64,000 nt of DNA from Trueperaceae bacterium (GTDB lineage: Bacteria; Deinococcota; Deinococci; Deinococcales; Trueperaceae), in the NCBI GenBank assembly GCA_034520945.1, contig JAXHNB010000010.1, positions 1 through 64,000 on the forward strand. Direction: 5' to 3'. Positions 24,062 through 34,785 of the stretch are shown piece after piece. How positions within the stretch are numbered: the stretch's first letter is position 1; each line of letters opens with the position of its first letter. Made by a program: the position numbers and the translations under genes. A model generated the notes under the pieces. That model did no database searches. It was not told the DNA's origin and worked only from the letters and a program-made list of their open reading frames with translations.

Positions 24062-24924
24062 CCGAGGCCGCCGCCCACGTGCCGGTGATGCTGGACGCCT
24101 GTCTCGAGGCGCTGGCGCCCGCACCCGATCGGTGGATCGTGGACGCCACCTTCGGCGCGGGCGGGCACACCCGGGCGTTGCTGGACGCCGGCGCGTCCGT
24201 GCTGGCGATCGACCGCGACCCCTCCGCCGAGACGCGCGCGGCGCGGATCGCGCACCCCGACCTCGTGTTCGTGCGGGGCGACTTCCGCGACCTCGAACAC
24301 CTGCTGCACGCCGCCGAGATCCCCGCGCCGCACGGCGTGCTGATGGACCTCGGCGTATCCAGCATGCAGCTCGACGACGCAGGGCGCGGGTTCGCGTTCC
24401 GCCAGGACGGCCCGCTGGACATGCGCATGGCGGGCGAAGGGCCCAGCGCGGCGGACGTGATCGCGCAGGCGGACGAGGCCGAACTGGCCGCGATTCTGTA
24501 CCGCTTCGGCGAGGAGCGGCACAGCCGCCGCCTGGCCCGCGGCATCGTGGCCGCCCGCCAGGAGGCGCCGATCACCACCACCGCCCGCCTGGCGGAGGTG
24601 GTGCGGGAGGCCTACCCGCCGGGACCCCGCCACGAGCACCCCGCCCGCCGCACGTTCCAGGCGCTGCGCATCCACGTCAACGACGAACTCGGCGCCCTTC
24701 AGGAAGGGCTCGAGGCCGCCGCGCGGGGGCTGGCGCCCGGCGGGCGGTTGGCGGTCCTCTCCTTCCACAGCCTGGAGGACCGCATCGTGAAGCACTTCCT
24801 GCGCACCTCCAGCCGCCTGACCCCCCTGACCAAACGACCGCGCACGGCCGCCGCGGACGAGATCGCCGACAATCCGCGTGCGCGCGCCGCCAAGCTCCGG
24901 ACCGCCGAGAAGGTGTCGTCATGA
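24058..24924 (+). CDS. rsmH: 16S rRNA m4C1402 methyltransferase
   Basis: HVPVM, DATFGAGGH, DLGVSSMQLD, PLDMRM, FQALRIHVN, SFHSLEDR. Confidence 0.97.
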   Translation: MTEAAAHVPVMLDACLEALAPAPDRWIVDATFGAGGHTRALLDAGASVLAIDRDPSAETRAARIAHPDLVFVRGDFRDLEHLLHAAEIPAPHGVLMDLGVSSMQLDDAGRGFAFRQDGPLDMRMAGEGPSAADVIAQADEAELAAILYRFGEERHSRRLARGIVAARQEAPITTTARLAEVVREAYPPGPRHEHPARRTFQALRIHVNDELGALQEGLEAAARGLAPGGRLAVLSFHSLEDRIVKHFLRTSSRLTPLTKRPRTAAADEIADNPRARAAKLRTAEKVSS

Positions 24925-25241
24925 GCAGGGGGGCCGTGCGCTTCATCCCGGCGTACCTGCTGCTGCTGTTGGCGTTGGCGGGATTGGGCGCGTGGAACCA
25001 GCACCTGCTGGACCGCGAGCTGTCCCTCATCGAAACGCGCGAACGGGTCCGCGTCCAGGTCGTCGACCTGCGCGCCCGTGCCGCCGCCGTGCGCGGCCCC
25101 CTGGCCGTCGCCCGCTGGGCGCAGGACCACGGCATGGTCCCCGCCCCCGAAGTGGACCGCGCGGAGCAGGTGATGCCGCTGCGCGCCCCCGAGCTCGCCG
25201 TGAGCGAGACCGGCTTGGAGGTTCGAACCGTATGGCGTTGA
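24921..25241 (+). CDS. ftsL: Cell division protein FtsL-like
   Basis: TM, coiled coil and A..HGMV.P motif; located between rsmH and ftsI. Confidence 0.7.
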   Translation: MSRGAVRFIPAYLLLLLALAGLGAWNQHLLDRELSLIETRERVRVQVVDLRARAAAVRGPLAVARWAQDHGMVPAPEVDRAEQVMPLRAPELAVSETGLEVRTVWR

Positions 25242-26634
25242 GACGCGCGACCGCCGCCGTCGAATCGGAGCTGCGCCTGGCCCGACGGCCGCTGCTCCTC
25301 GTGCTGTTCGCCGTGCCGATGCTGGCGGCCTTGGCCGGTTTCGGCTTGCAACAGCACGGCTCGCCCGCCTGGCCCGGTCCCCCAGCGTGGCGCCCGAGCG
25401 GGGCCGCATCCTGGCGGCCGACGGCACCGTGTTGGCCGAGGGCGACGTCGCCACGCGCCGCTACCCCCAGGGCTCCCTCGCCGCCAACGTCGTCGGCTTC
25501 TCGGGCGCGGTGCAGCCCGACGGACGATACGGACTGGAAGGCGTCGAGTACGGCCTGGACGCACGCCTGCAGGCGGGCATGGACGCGACCCTCACGCTGG
25601 ACCCGATCCTTCAGGGCGCTGCCGAGCGGCAGCTCGAGGCGGCCGTCGCCGAGAGCGGCGCCGAGAACGGCAGCGTGGTGACCCTGGAGGTCGGCACCGG
25701 TCGCATCCTGGCGGCGGCCAGCTACCCCACCTTCGACCCCAACCACCAGAGCACGTACGGGCGCGCTGCCATTCGCAACCAGGCGTTCCTGCACGAGTAC
25801 GAACCCGGCTCGGTGATGAAGCCGTTCGTGATCGGCGCGCTGCTGCAGAGCGGGCGGTTGCAGCCCGACGAGATGGTGCCGGCGCCCCCGGCCAAGCGGG
25901 TGGGGAACCAGACCTTCCAAGACGTCGCCAGCCACCCCGACGAGTTGGTGGTGCGCGACGTGCTGCGCTACAGCAGCAACACCGCGATGCTGTCCCTCAC
26001 CGAGCGGTTCGAGCCGCGGGAGCTCTCCGGCTGGCTGTCGCACTACGGCTTCGGACAGGAGGTGCCGGTCCGCTCGGCGTTCACGCGGTCCGGCCACCTG
26101 AACGACTGGCACGACTGGGTGCCGCAGGACCAAGCCTCCGTCACCATCGGCCAGTCGATGGCGACCACCCCCCTGCAGTTGGCGGCCGCCTACGCCGTGT
26201 TCGCCAACGACGGCGTGTACGTTCCGCCCGTCCTGGTCGACGACGAGGCCACCGCCGAGCCCTACCGCGTCCTGTCCAGCGAGGTCGCCCGCACCGTCCG
26301 CGAGATGCTGCACCACACCGTCGAGGAGAGCGGCCTGGCCGCCTCGCGGATCCCCGGCGTGTCCGTGGCCGGCAAAACCGGCACCGCCGACATCTGGTCC
26401 AACGAGCAGGGGACCTACCCCGCGGGCTGGTACTCGCTGACCTTCGCCGGCATGTTCCCCGCCGATGATCCCGACGTGGTGATGGTGGTGATGCTGCAGA
26501 AGCCCGACCCGGGTGCCACCAGCACCTACGTCGCCGCACCGCTGTTCCGCGCCATCGGCAGCGAAGTGGTGGCGCACTGGGGCGTCGTGCCCGGGCCGGA
26601 CCGCCTGTTGGGCGCCCGCGGCGAGCTCCCGTGA
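25232..26634 (+). CDS. ftsI: Class B penicillin-binding protein (FtsI-like), frameshifted in a C homopolymer at 25379-25383
   Basis: N-terminal TM in one frame; RGRI, YEPGSVMK (SxxK), SSN and KTGT in the next frame; one added C joins them. Confidence 0.88.
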
Positions 26635-26706
26635 GCCGACCCGACGCGGCAGCGCGGCGCGTGGACGCGCGGCCGCGCCGGAGGTAGCGTGGCAGGCAGA
26701 GACGTG

Positions 26707-28050
26707 ATGACGCGCCCCCTTGCCTCCCCCACCCCCGATGGCCTGGATGCCGGCACGCTGGCAGCCCTGCTGGGCAGCACGACGCCGGCCGCGTCGCTGC
26801 CGCCGGTGCGGGGCGCCACCCACCACAGCGGCCGCGTGCGGGCGGGGGACGCCTTCTTCGCCCTGCCCGGCGCCCAAGGGCACGGCATCGCCCACGCCGA
26901 CGAGGCCCTGAATGCCGGCGCCGCCCTGGTGGTGTCCGACCGGCCCCACCCGCGCGGCATCCACGTCGGCGACCCCGCCGCCGCCCTGCTGCGCCTGGGG
27001 GCCTGGGCCCGCGGGCGCCTACGGTGCCCCGTGGTGGCGGTCACCGGCTCGGCCGGCAAGACCACCGCGAAGGCGCTGCTGCGGGCGGCCCTGGACGGGG
27101 AGGCGTCCGACGGGAACCTCAACACCCCGCACGCCCTGGCCGGGCGCCTGATGCGCGCGTGGGCCGACGGGGACGCACGACCGCTGGTGCTGGAGCTCGG
27201 CATCGACCGACGGGGCGAGATGGCGGAGCTGACGCAGCTGGTGCGCCCCGACGTGGCGGTCCTGACCAACCTGTCGGCCGGCCACCTGGACGGCCTCGGC
27301 GACCCGGCCACGGTGGTGCGGGAGAAGAGCGTCATGCTGCACGGCGCCGCGCGCTGCCTGGCGGCCGATGAGGCCTGGCAGCGCCTGGAGGCGTCGCTGG
27401 GCACCCGCACCGTCCGCTACGGCCTGGACGCGCCCCACGCCGAGTGGCGCGGCACGCTGCAGGGCGACCCCTTCGCGCCCGAATTGGCGGTGCACGCCCC
27501 GACGACGCGCACGCTGCCGCTCCCCGGGCTGGGGACCGGCTTGGCGGAGAGCGCGCTGGGCGCCCTCGCCGTCGCCGACCTCCTCGGCGTGCCCCAGGAC
27601 GACGCGGCCGGGCGCCTGCCGCACGCCCCCCTCGAGCCGGGGCGGCTGCAGCTGCTACGCCTCGGCCGCCTCACGGTCTTGGACGATAGCTACAACGCCA
27701 ACCCCGCCTCCGGCGCGCAGGCCCTGGAGCTTCTCCGCCAAGCGCCCCCGCCGCGCGTGGCGCTGCTGGGCGACATGCTCGAACTGGGCGAGGAGAGCCG
27801 GCGCCACCACCGCGACCTGGGCGCGGCCACGCGCGGGCTGGACCTGGTGCTGGCCGTCGGGCCGGAGGCCCGCGCCCTCCAAGAGGGCAACCCGGCGGTG
27901 CGGACGCTGTCGATGGACGACGCCCTCGCCGCCGTCGCCGAGTTGCCGACCCAGGGCACCGTCCTGGTCAAGGCCTCCCGCGGCATGCGCTTCGAGCGGT
28001 TGGTCGAGGCGCTCCGGGCGCGCGCGCAGGCGGGGGCGGGGGCACCGTGA
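26707..28050 (+). CDS. murF: UDP-MurNAc-tripeptide:D-Ala-D-Ala ligase
   Basis: VTGSAGKTT, DDSYNANP, LGDMLELG, LVKASRGMRFE. Confidence 0.93.
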   Translation: MTRPLASPTPDGLDAGTLAALLGSTTPAASLPPVRGATHHSGRVRAGDAFFALPGAQGHGIAHADEALNAGAALVVSDRPHPRGIHVGDPAAALLRLGAWARGRLRCPVVAVTGSAGKTTAKALLRAALDGEASDGNLNTPHALAGRLMRAWADGDARPLVLELGIDRRGEMAELTQLVRPDVAVLTNLSAGHLDGLGDPATVVREKSVMLHGAARCLAADEAWQRLEASLGTRTVRYGLDAPHAEWRGTLQGDPFAPELAVHAPTTRTLPLPGLGTGLAESALGALAVADLLGVPQDDAAGRLPHAPLEPGRLQLLRLGRLTVLDDSYNANPASGAQALELLRQAPPPRVALLGDMLELGEESRRHHRDLGAATRGLDLVLAVGPEARALQEGNPAVRTLSMDDALAAVAELPTQGTVLVKASRGMRFERLVEALRARAQAGAGAP

Positions 28051-29021
28051 TGCCGGTCGCCTGGGCCCTCGGGGCCGCGCTTCTCTCCTGGCTGCTCACC
28101 GGCCTGTTCCTGGTGGCGTCCCGGACGCGCGGCTGGGGCAAGTCCGTGCGCCGGGACGGGCCCGCGGGGCACCTCGCCAAGGAGGGCACGCCCACCATGG
28201 CCGGCGTCGCGTTCCTGGCCGCCACCCTGGTGAGCGTGATGTTGCTGGCCGGCATGGGGCATCTGGACCGGCCGGTGCAGGTGCCCGGCCGCGACGCGCC
28301 GCTGGCGGAGGCAGGCGGCGCGATGCTCGCGCTGGTGCTGCTGGTCCTGGCCAGCGGCGCGCTGGGGCTGTGGGACGACCTCACCTCGCTGGACCGAAAG
28401 CGCCGGGCGTCCGAGCACATCGACGCCGCCACCGGCGTGCTGGCGCGGTGGCGGTTGGCGGCGCAGACCGGCGTCGCGCTGGCGTTCGCGGTGTGGGCGG
28501 TGACGCAGGGCCGAACCATGTTCGGCCTTCCCTGGCTGGACGTGCTGGGCTTCGCGTTCGTGGTGGTCGGCGCCATCAACGCGCTCAACTTCACGGACGG
28601 CCTCGACGGCCTGGCGGCCGGCACCGCCGCGATCCTGCTGCTGGCGTTCTGGGGCGATCCGTTCGCGGTGGTGCTGATCGGGGCGCTGTTGGGGTTCCTG
28701 TGGTTCAACGCCCATCCCGCCAAGGCGTTCATGGGCGGCGTGGGGTCCGAGGCGTTGGGCGCCGCCCTGGCGGGGCTGGCGATCCTGCACGGCGACGTGT
28801 GGCGGCTGCCGATCCTGGCGGCCGTGCCCGTGGTCGAGGTCCTCTCCGTGATGGTGCAGGTCGCGTACTTCCGGTCGAGCGGCGGCCGGCGGCTGCTGCG
28901 CATGAGCCCGCTGCATCACCACTTCGAACTGGGCGGCTGGCCCGAGACGCGCGTCGTGGCGAGGTTCTGGCTGCTGAGCGTCGCGGCGCTCCTGCTGGCC
29001 GTGCTCACGCGGGCCGCATGA
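28047..29021 (+). CDS. mraY: Phospho-MurNAc-pentapeptide transferase
   Basis: KEGTPTM, WDD, NFTDGLDGLA, FMGG.GS, PLHHHFE. Confidence 0.96.
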   Translation: MMPVAWALGAALLSWLLTGLFLVASRTRGWGKSVRRDGPAGHLAKEGTPTMAGVAFLAATLVSVMLLAGMGHLDRPVQVPGRDAPLAEAGGAMLALVLLVLASGALGLWDDLTSLDRKRRASEHIDAATGVLARWRLAAQTGVALAFAVWAVTQGRTMFGLPWLDVLGFAFVVVGAINALNFTDGLDGLAAGTAAILLLAFWGDPFAVVLIGALLGFLWFNAHPAKAFMGGVGSEALGAALAGLAILHGDVWRLPILAAVPVVEVLSVMVQVAYFRSSGGRRLLRMSPLHHHFELGGWPETRVVARFWLLSVAALLLAVLTRAA

Positions 29022-29031
29022 GGGGCGGGCC

Positions 29032-30369
29032 GTGAGGGTGCTGGTGTACGGACTGGGACGGAGCGGCCTGGCGGTGGCGCGGCTGGCGGCCCGTCAAGGG
29101 CACCAGGTGGCCTACGCGGACCGGCGCGACGCCGGCGAGGACATCGCCGCCGCCGCGGCGGAAGGCTTCGTGCGCGTCCCCGAGCCCGCCGCCGCGCGGG
29201 CGGACCTGTGCATCGCCGCACCCGGCGTGCCGATCGACCATCCGGACCTGCGGGCCCTGCGGGCGCGCGGCACCGAGACCATCGGCGAGGTCGAGTGGGT
29301 CGCCCGCACGGTGGACGCCCCCATGGTGGGCATCACCGGCACCGCCGGCAAGGGCACGGTGACGCGCTGGACCCACGCCATCATGCAGCGTGCCGGGATG
29401 GACCCCGTCGCGGGCGGGAACCTGGGCCCGGCCCTGGCGGCGGTCGCCACGCCAGGTCGCTGGCAGGTCGCGGAGCTCTCCTCGTTTCAGCTGGAACGCT
29501 GCCCCACCCTGTCGCCCGACGTGGCCGTCGTCACCAACCTGGGGCGCGACCACCTGGACCGCCACGGCAGCGTGGACGCCTATCACGCCGTCAAACGTCG
29601 CATCACCGACAACCTGCGTTCGTCCTCGACCCTGATCCTCAACGCCGACGATCCTGCCATGGCCGCCTGGGCCGAGGGCACCCCGGCACGGGTCGTCACG
29701 TTCTCCGTCCGCGGCGCCGAGGCGCGGGCCCGCCTGGCCGGCGGCCGGTTGTGGCTGGGGCCGCACGACCTGGGGCCGGAGGACGCCCTGCGCGCCCCGG
29801 GCCTGCACCAGCGCGCCAACCTCCTGGCCGCCGCGCTGGCGGCCGAAGCGGCCGGGGTGCCGCCCGCCACCGTCCGCGACGCCATCCCCACGCTGACGCC
29901 GCTGCCGGGCCGGCACGCCCTGGTGGCGGCCCGCGGCGGGGTCCGCTTCGTGAACGACAGCATCGCCACCCGCGAACTGGCGGTGGCCGCCTCGCTCGAA
30001 GCGGCCACGCCGCCGGTCGCCTGGATCGCCGGCGGGCGCGACAAGGGGGCCGACGTCACGGCGTTGCGGCCGCTGGTGCGGGAGCGCGTCGCGGTGCTGC
30101 TGGGCATCGGCGAAGCCGGGCCGGCCCTGGTCGACGCCTTCGCCGACCTCGTCCCGACCGAGCGCATCGACGACGCCGACGGCCCGACCGCCATGGCGAA
30201 GGCCGTCCGGCGCGGCGCAGCATGGCTGCATCCCGGCGGCGGGACGGTGCTGTTGGCGCCGCTGGCCGCCTCGTTCGACCAGTTCGCCGACTACCAGGCG
30301 CGCGGGCGCGCCTTCGAGGACGCCGTCGACCAGGTTTTGAAGGAGGCCCCGTGGACCGCCTGCTGCTGA
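29032..30369 (+). CDS. murD: UDP-MurNAc-L-Ala:D-Glu ligase
   Basis: GLGRSG, ELSSFQLE, DHLDRH, NDSIAT, GGRDKG, ASFDQF. Confidence 0.95.
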   Translation: MRVLVYGLGRSGLAVARLAARQGHQVAYADRRDAGEDIAAAAAEGFVRVPEPAAARADLCIAAPGVPIDHPDLRALRARGTETIGEVEWVARTVDAPMVGITGTAGKGTVTRWTHAIMQRAGMDPVAGGNLGPALAAVATPGRWQVAELSSFQLERCPTLSPDVAVVTNLGRDHLDRHGSVDAYHAVKRRITDNLRSSSTLILNADDPAMAAWAEGTPARVVTFSVRGAEARARLAGGRLWLGPHDLGPEDALRAPGLHQRANLLAAALAAEAAGVPPATVRDAIPTLTPLPGRHALVAARGGVRFVNDSIATRELAVAASLEAATPPVAWIAGGRDKGADVTALRPLVRERVAVLLGIGEAGPALVDAFADLVPTERIDDADGPTAMAKAVRRGAAWLHPGGGTVLLAPLAASFDQFADYQARGRAFEDAVDQVLKEAPWTACC

Positions 30370-31415
30370 CCGCCCAGGTGATGCTGGGCGCCCTGGGGGT
30401 GCTGGGGGTCGCCGCGGCCGCGCCCGCGCTGGGGTTCGAGCACGGCGTGCGGGTGCTGGCCGCGCTGATCATTACCGTCGTGGTGGCGCGCATTCCCTTG
30501 CGCCGCCTGATCGGGGCCAGCCCCTGGCTGTACGGCGGCACGCTGCTGCTGCTGATCCTGGTGTTGATCATCGGCTCCTCCCCCGCCGGCAGCGAGAGTC
30601 GTCGCTGGCTGCTGATCGGCGGGGTGTCGATCCAACCCTCGGAGTTGATGAAGGTGGCGGTCCCCTGCTACCTGGCCGCGTTCTTTCACAACCACCTCGG
30701 CGATTGGCAGATCTGGCGGCCGATGCTGGTGGTGGGGCTGGCGGCCGGCCTGATCGTGGCGGAGCCGGACGTGAGCACGGCGTTGTTCCTGTTCGCGTTG
30801 GCGTTCGCGGTGATGTTGGCCGCCGGCACCACGCTGACGCGGTTGGCGTCGATCTCCGTGGCCGCGGCGCTGATCGCGCTGGTCGTCGGCGGGCCCTACC
30901 TGAGCCAGTTCGGGTACCTCTCCGAGCGGATCGGGGGATTCCAGGACCTGTGGGGCGCCCAGGCCGACGTTCGGGACAGCAGCTACCAGGCGTACCAGGC
31001 ACGGCGGGCCCTGACGGCCGGCGGGCTGATCGGCATCGGGGTGGGTCGGCCCGTGCCCGTGCCCGAAGCCGAGACCGACATGGTGGCCGTGTCGATCGGG
31101 CGGTCGCTGGGGCTGCTGGGCTTGGCCACGCTCGTCGTCACCTACCTGCTGATCGCGTCGCGCGGGCTGCGCATCGCGGCGGCGCGCGCGGGGCCGGGCA
31201 GCCTGCTGGCGGCCGGTGCCACGGCCTACGTGTGCGGCCAGGCGGCGTTGAACCTGCTGGTGGCGTCGGGTCTGTTCCCCGTCACCGGCATTCCGCTGCC
31301 GTTCGTGAGCTACGGCATGAACAGCCTGGTGTCGGTCGCGATCGCGTTCGGCTTCCTGCACGCAGCGCACCGCGAGGCCCGCCAGGCGGAGGACGCCGCC
31401 GAGGGACAGCCGTGA
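30351..31415 (+). CDS. ftsW: SEDS peptidoglycan polymerase FtsW
   Basis: RRW, IQPSELMK, EPD, PEAETD, PVTGIPLPFVSYG. Confidence 0.92.
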   Translation: MDRLLLTAQVMLGALGVLGVAAAAPALGFEHGVRVLAALIITVVVARIPLRRLIGASPWLYGGTLLLLILVLIIGSSPAGSESRRWLLIGGVSIQPSELMKVAVPCYLAAFFHNHLGDWQIWRPMLVVGLAAGLIVAEPDVSTALFLFALAFAVMLAAGTTLTRLASISVAAALIALVVGGPYLSQFGYLSERIGGFQDLWGAQADVRDSSYQAYQARRALTAGGLIGIGVGRPVPVPEAETDMVAVSIGRSLGLLGLATLVVTYLLIASRGLRIAAARAGPGSLLAAGATAYVCGQAALNLLVASGLFPVTGIPLPFVSYGMNSLVSVAIAFGFLHAAHREARQAEDAAEGQP

Positions 31416-32509
31416 GGCTGCTCCTGGCGGCCGGAGGCACCGGCGGGCACGTGTTCCCCGCCCTGGCGCTGGCGGCCGAGGCGAAGGCCGCCGGCCACCA
31501 GGCGACGCTGTTGGGTGCGTCGGACGGTCCGGAGGCCGGCTGGGCGGCCGACGCGAAGGTGCCGTTCGTAGGGGTGCCGGCGGGCAAGTGGGACCGGCAA
31601 CGGCCCGACCCGCGCCAGGCCTGGCGCGCCGTGGCCGGGGTTCGGCACGCCGTGCGGGCGGTCCGCCGGCAGCGGCCGGACGCGGTGGTGGGGTTCGGCG
31701 GGTTCGCCTCGTTCCCGGGGTGCGCGGCGGCGGCATGGACCGGCACACCGCTGGTCCTGCACGAGGGGAACGCCTTCCCCGGACGCGTCACCCGCTGGTT
31801 CGCGCGGCGGGCGGCGTGCGTGGCGCTGGCCCTGCCCGAGGCCGCGCCGCGGCTCGCCGCCGCGCCCGCGATCGTCACCGTCGGCTTCCCCGTCCGCGAA
31901 GCGAGGCACGACCCCGCCGCCGCGCGGGAGGCGCTGGGCCTGCCCGCCGGCGGGGTGGTGACCTGGGTGATGGGCGGATCGCAGGGGTCGGCCTGGCTCA
32001 ACGCGCACGCCCCCGAGGCCTACCGCACCCTGGACGCGTCACGGCGAGGGACCGTGCTGCACGCCGCCGGCCCGCGCGGGCACGACGACGTCGCGGTCCG
32101 CGTGGACGACCTGGCCGCCTACCATGTGGTGCCGTTCGCCGATGCTACCCTCGCGTGGTCGGCCGCGGACCTCGCGATCACGCGGGCCGGGGTCGGCACG
32201 TTGTCGGAGGCGGCGTACCACGGCGTGCCGTTGGTGATGGTGCCCCTCCCCAGCGCAGCCGAGGATCACCAGCGCCACAATGCCCGCGCCGTGCGCGACG
32301 CCGGCGGGGGACGGATCGCCGAGCAGGGCGATCCGCAGGCGTTGTCGGTCGCATGGGCGGCTTTGCTCGACCCCGAGGCGCGCCATCTCGCCGCCGACGC
32401 GATCGGCCGGCGCTCCCCGCGAGGGGCGGCCGCGCGGCTCCTCGCGGTCGTCGAGGGGGCCGCCGATCCCGCGCGCCCCGCGACGACGAGGCGGAAGGAC
32501 ACCACATGA
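31412..32509 (+). CDS. murG: Lipid II GlcNAc transferase
   Basis: GGTGGHVFP, GFGGF, HEGN, GGSQG, HQRHNA. Confidence 0.95.
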   Translation: MRLLLAAGGTGGHVFPALALAAEAKAAGHQATLLGASDGPEAGWAADAKVPFVGVPAGKWDRQRPDPRQAWRAVAGVRHAVRAVRRQRPDAVVGFGGFASFPGCAAAAWTGTPLVLHEGNAFPGRVTRWFARRAACVALALPEAAPRLAAAPAIVTVGFPVREARHDPAAAREALGLPAGGVVTWVMGGSQGSAWLNAHAPEAYRTLDASRRGTVLHAAGPRGHDDVAVRVDDLAAYHVVPFADATLAWSAADLAITRAGVGTLSEAAYHGVPLVMVPLPSAAEDHQRHNARAVRDAGGGRIAEQGDPQALSVAWAALLDPEARHLAADAIGRRSPRGAAARLLAVVEGAADPARPATTRRKDTT

Positions 32510-33894
32510 GATCGCACCTTCACTTCATGGGCATCGGCGGAATCAGCATGAGTGGGCTGGCCCGCCACTACCGCGCCGCCGGACACGTCGTGTCCGGGTG
32601 CGACGGGCAGCCCTCGGCCACCCTGGACGAGCTCGGCACGCTCGGCATTTCCGCCGCGATCGGTCACGACCCACGACACCTCGACGGCGTCGACGTCCTG
32701 GTGACCAGCGCCGCGATCGCGGACGACGCCCCCGAGCGCAGTGCGGCCCAGGCGCGCGGCATCCCCGTGCGCCGCCGCATCGACCTGCTGGCCGAGATGT
32801 TCGGCCGCTACCGGGCGTTGGGCGTGACCGGCACGCACGGCAAGAGCACCACCAGCGGCATGATCGCGACCGTGCTGCTGGCCGAATCGCGTGATCCGGC
32901 CGTGCAGCTGGGCGCGACGCTGCCGGCGCTCGGTGGGGTGATGCGCTACGGCGAGGGGCCGCACCTCGTCGCCGAGGTGGACGAGTCCGATGCGGGGTTC
33001 GCCCAGCTGGTCGCCGACGTCGCCGTCGTCACCAACCTGGAGGACGACCACATCGCCGGCGATCACGGGGAGCGCCGCACCTACCACGCCAGCCTGGACG
33101 AGCTGGAGGCCGCCGTCGTCCGCTACGCGCGGCAGGCCCGCGTGCTGGTGTACTGCGGCGACTGGCCCGTCCTGGACGCTTTGTTGGCGGATCATCCCGC
33201 GCGGGTGCGGTACGGCGAAGCGGCGGACGCGGACTACCGCATCCGCGAGCTGACGCTGCAGCCGGCCGGAAGCCGCTTCGTCCTGGAGGCCCCGGACGGA
33301 GAACGGGCCGAGGTGCAGCTCCGCGTGCCCGGCCGCTACAACGCCCTGAACGCCACCGCGGCGCTGGCCGCCACGCACCGGGTCGGCGTGCCGTTGGCGT
33401 CCGCGGCGTCGGCGCTCGGCTCGTTCGAAGGCGTCGGCCGACGCTGGCAACGGTGGGGCGAGGTGGGCGGCGCGTTGATCATCGACGATTACGCGCATCA
33501 CCCCACCGAGGTGCGCGCCACCCTCGAGGCGGCCCGCGCCACCGGCCGCCGCGTGCGGGCCGTGCTGCAGCCGCACCGCTGGGTCCGCACCGCCCGCCAC
33601 TGGCGTGCATTGGCGGACGCCGCCGCCCTGGCCGACGAGGTGGTGGTGCTGGACGTGTACGGCGCCGGCGAGCAGGCCATCCCCGGCGTGTCCAGCGCGC
33701 ACATCGTGGCGCGCCTGCACGACGCGGGGTGCGATGCTACGCACCTCGACCTCCCCGCCGCCACCCGCTACCTGGGCGGAAGCCTTCGCCCCGGCGACCT
33801 GGTCATCACGCTCGGCGCCGGCGACGTGTGGCGCGTGGCGCAGGCCCTAATCACCCCCGCCGCCGTGTCGGCCGGCACGGGAGGGTCGCCGTGA
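32506..33894 (+). CDS. murC: UDP-MurNAc:L-Ala ligase
   Basis: GIGGISMS, GTHGKSTT, EVDESD, DDYAHHPTE, QPHR, LGAGD. Confidence 0.96.
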   Translation: MRSHLHFMGIGGISMSGLARHYRAAGHVVSGCDGQPSATLDELGTLGISAAIGHDPRHLDGVDVLVTSAAIADDAPERSAAQARGIPVRRRIDLLAEMFGRYRALGVTGTHGKSTTSGMIATVLLAESRDPAVQLGATLPALGGVMRYGEGPHLVAEVDESDAGFAQLVADVAVVTNLEDDHIAGDHGERRTYHASLDELEAAVVRYARQARVLVYCGDWPVLDALLADHPARVRYGEAADADYRIRELTLQPAGSRFVLEAPDGERAEVQLRVPGRYNALNATAALAATHRVGVPLASAASALGSFEGVGRRWQRWGEVGGALIIDDYAHHPTEVRATLEAARATGRRVRAVLQPHRWVRTARHWRALADAAALADEVVVLDVYGAGEQAIPGVSSAHIVARLHDAGCDATHLDLPAATRYLGGSLRPGDLVITLGAGDVWRVAQALITPAAVSAGTGGSP

Positions 33895-34781
33895 ACGGCG
33901 GAAGCGGGCCCCCCGCCGACGGCGGGGGCGCGGTGCGCCACGGCGTGCCCGGCGCCCGCGTCACCGTTCGACCGTTGGCGGGGCTGACCACGCTGCGGGT
34001 CGGCGGCCCCGCCGAGGTGTGGGAGGTCGACCGGGACGAGGCGGTGCGGGAGGCGACGCGGGCGCCGTTCCGCGTGATCGGGGCCGGCTCGAACCTGCTG
34101 GTGGCCGATGCGGGCGTGGACGACCGTGTGGTGAAGCTCGGCCGCGCCTACGACGACGTGCGGACGTTCGGCGAGAAGGCCGACGTCTGGTTGGGGGCCG
34201 CCACCCCCCTGCCGGGGTTGGTCCGCCGCGCCCAACGGGCGGGCCTGTCCGGCCTGGAGGGGCTGCTGGGCGTGCCGGCGGTCCTGGGAGGCGCCGTCGC
34301 CATGAACGCCGGCACCCGCTTCGGCGAACTGTCCGACGTGCTGCGCGAGGTCGAGCTCATGATCGACGGTCGCGTCGAACGCCTGCCGGCGGGGGCGTTG
34401 CGGCCGGCCTACCGCCGGGCCCACCTGCCCAGCGGCGCGGTGGTGCTGCGGGCCCGCCTGACGCTGACCCCCTCGACGCCGGAGGCGGTGGCGGAGGCGA
34501 TGCGGCGCGTCGACGCCGCCCGCGAGGGCCAACCGAAGATCAAGTCGGCCGGCTGCGCCTTCAAGAACCCCCCCGGCGACAGCGCCGGACGCATCATCGA
34601 CGCGGCCGGGCTGAAGGGCCTGCGCGTGGGGGACGCCATGGTGGCGTTCGAACACGGCAACTTCATCGTCAACCTGGGCCGCGCCCGCGCCGAGGACGTG
34701 CGCGCCTTGCTGGACGAGGTGCGCGCCCGGGCCGGCGTCCCCCTCGAGCTGGAGTGGCGTTCGTGGGGATGGGAGGGGTGA
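33891..34781 (+). CDS. murB: UDP-N-acetylenolpyruvoylglucosamine reductase
   Basis: TTLRVGGPA, GAGSNLL, MNAG, SAGCAFKNP, HGNFIVN. Confidence 0.95.
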   Translation: MNGGSGPPADGGGAVRHGVPGARVTVRPLAGLTTLRVGGPAEVWEVDRDEAVREATRAPFRVIGAGSNLLVADAGVDDRVVKLGRAYDDVRTFGEKADVWLGAATPLPGLVRRAQRAGLSGLEGLLGVPAVLGGAVAMNAGTRFGELSDVLREVELMIDGRVERLPAGALRPAYRRAHLPSGAVVLRARLTLTPSTPEAVAEAMRRVDAAREGQPKIKSAGCAFKNPPGDSAGRIIDAAGLKGLRVGDAMVAFEHGNFIVNLGRARAEDVRALLDEVRARAGVPLELEWRSWGWEG

Positions 34782-34785
34782 GCCG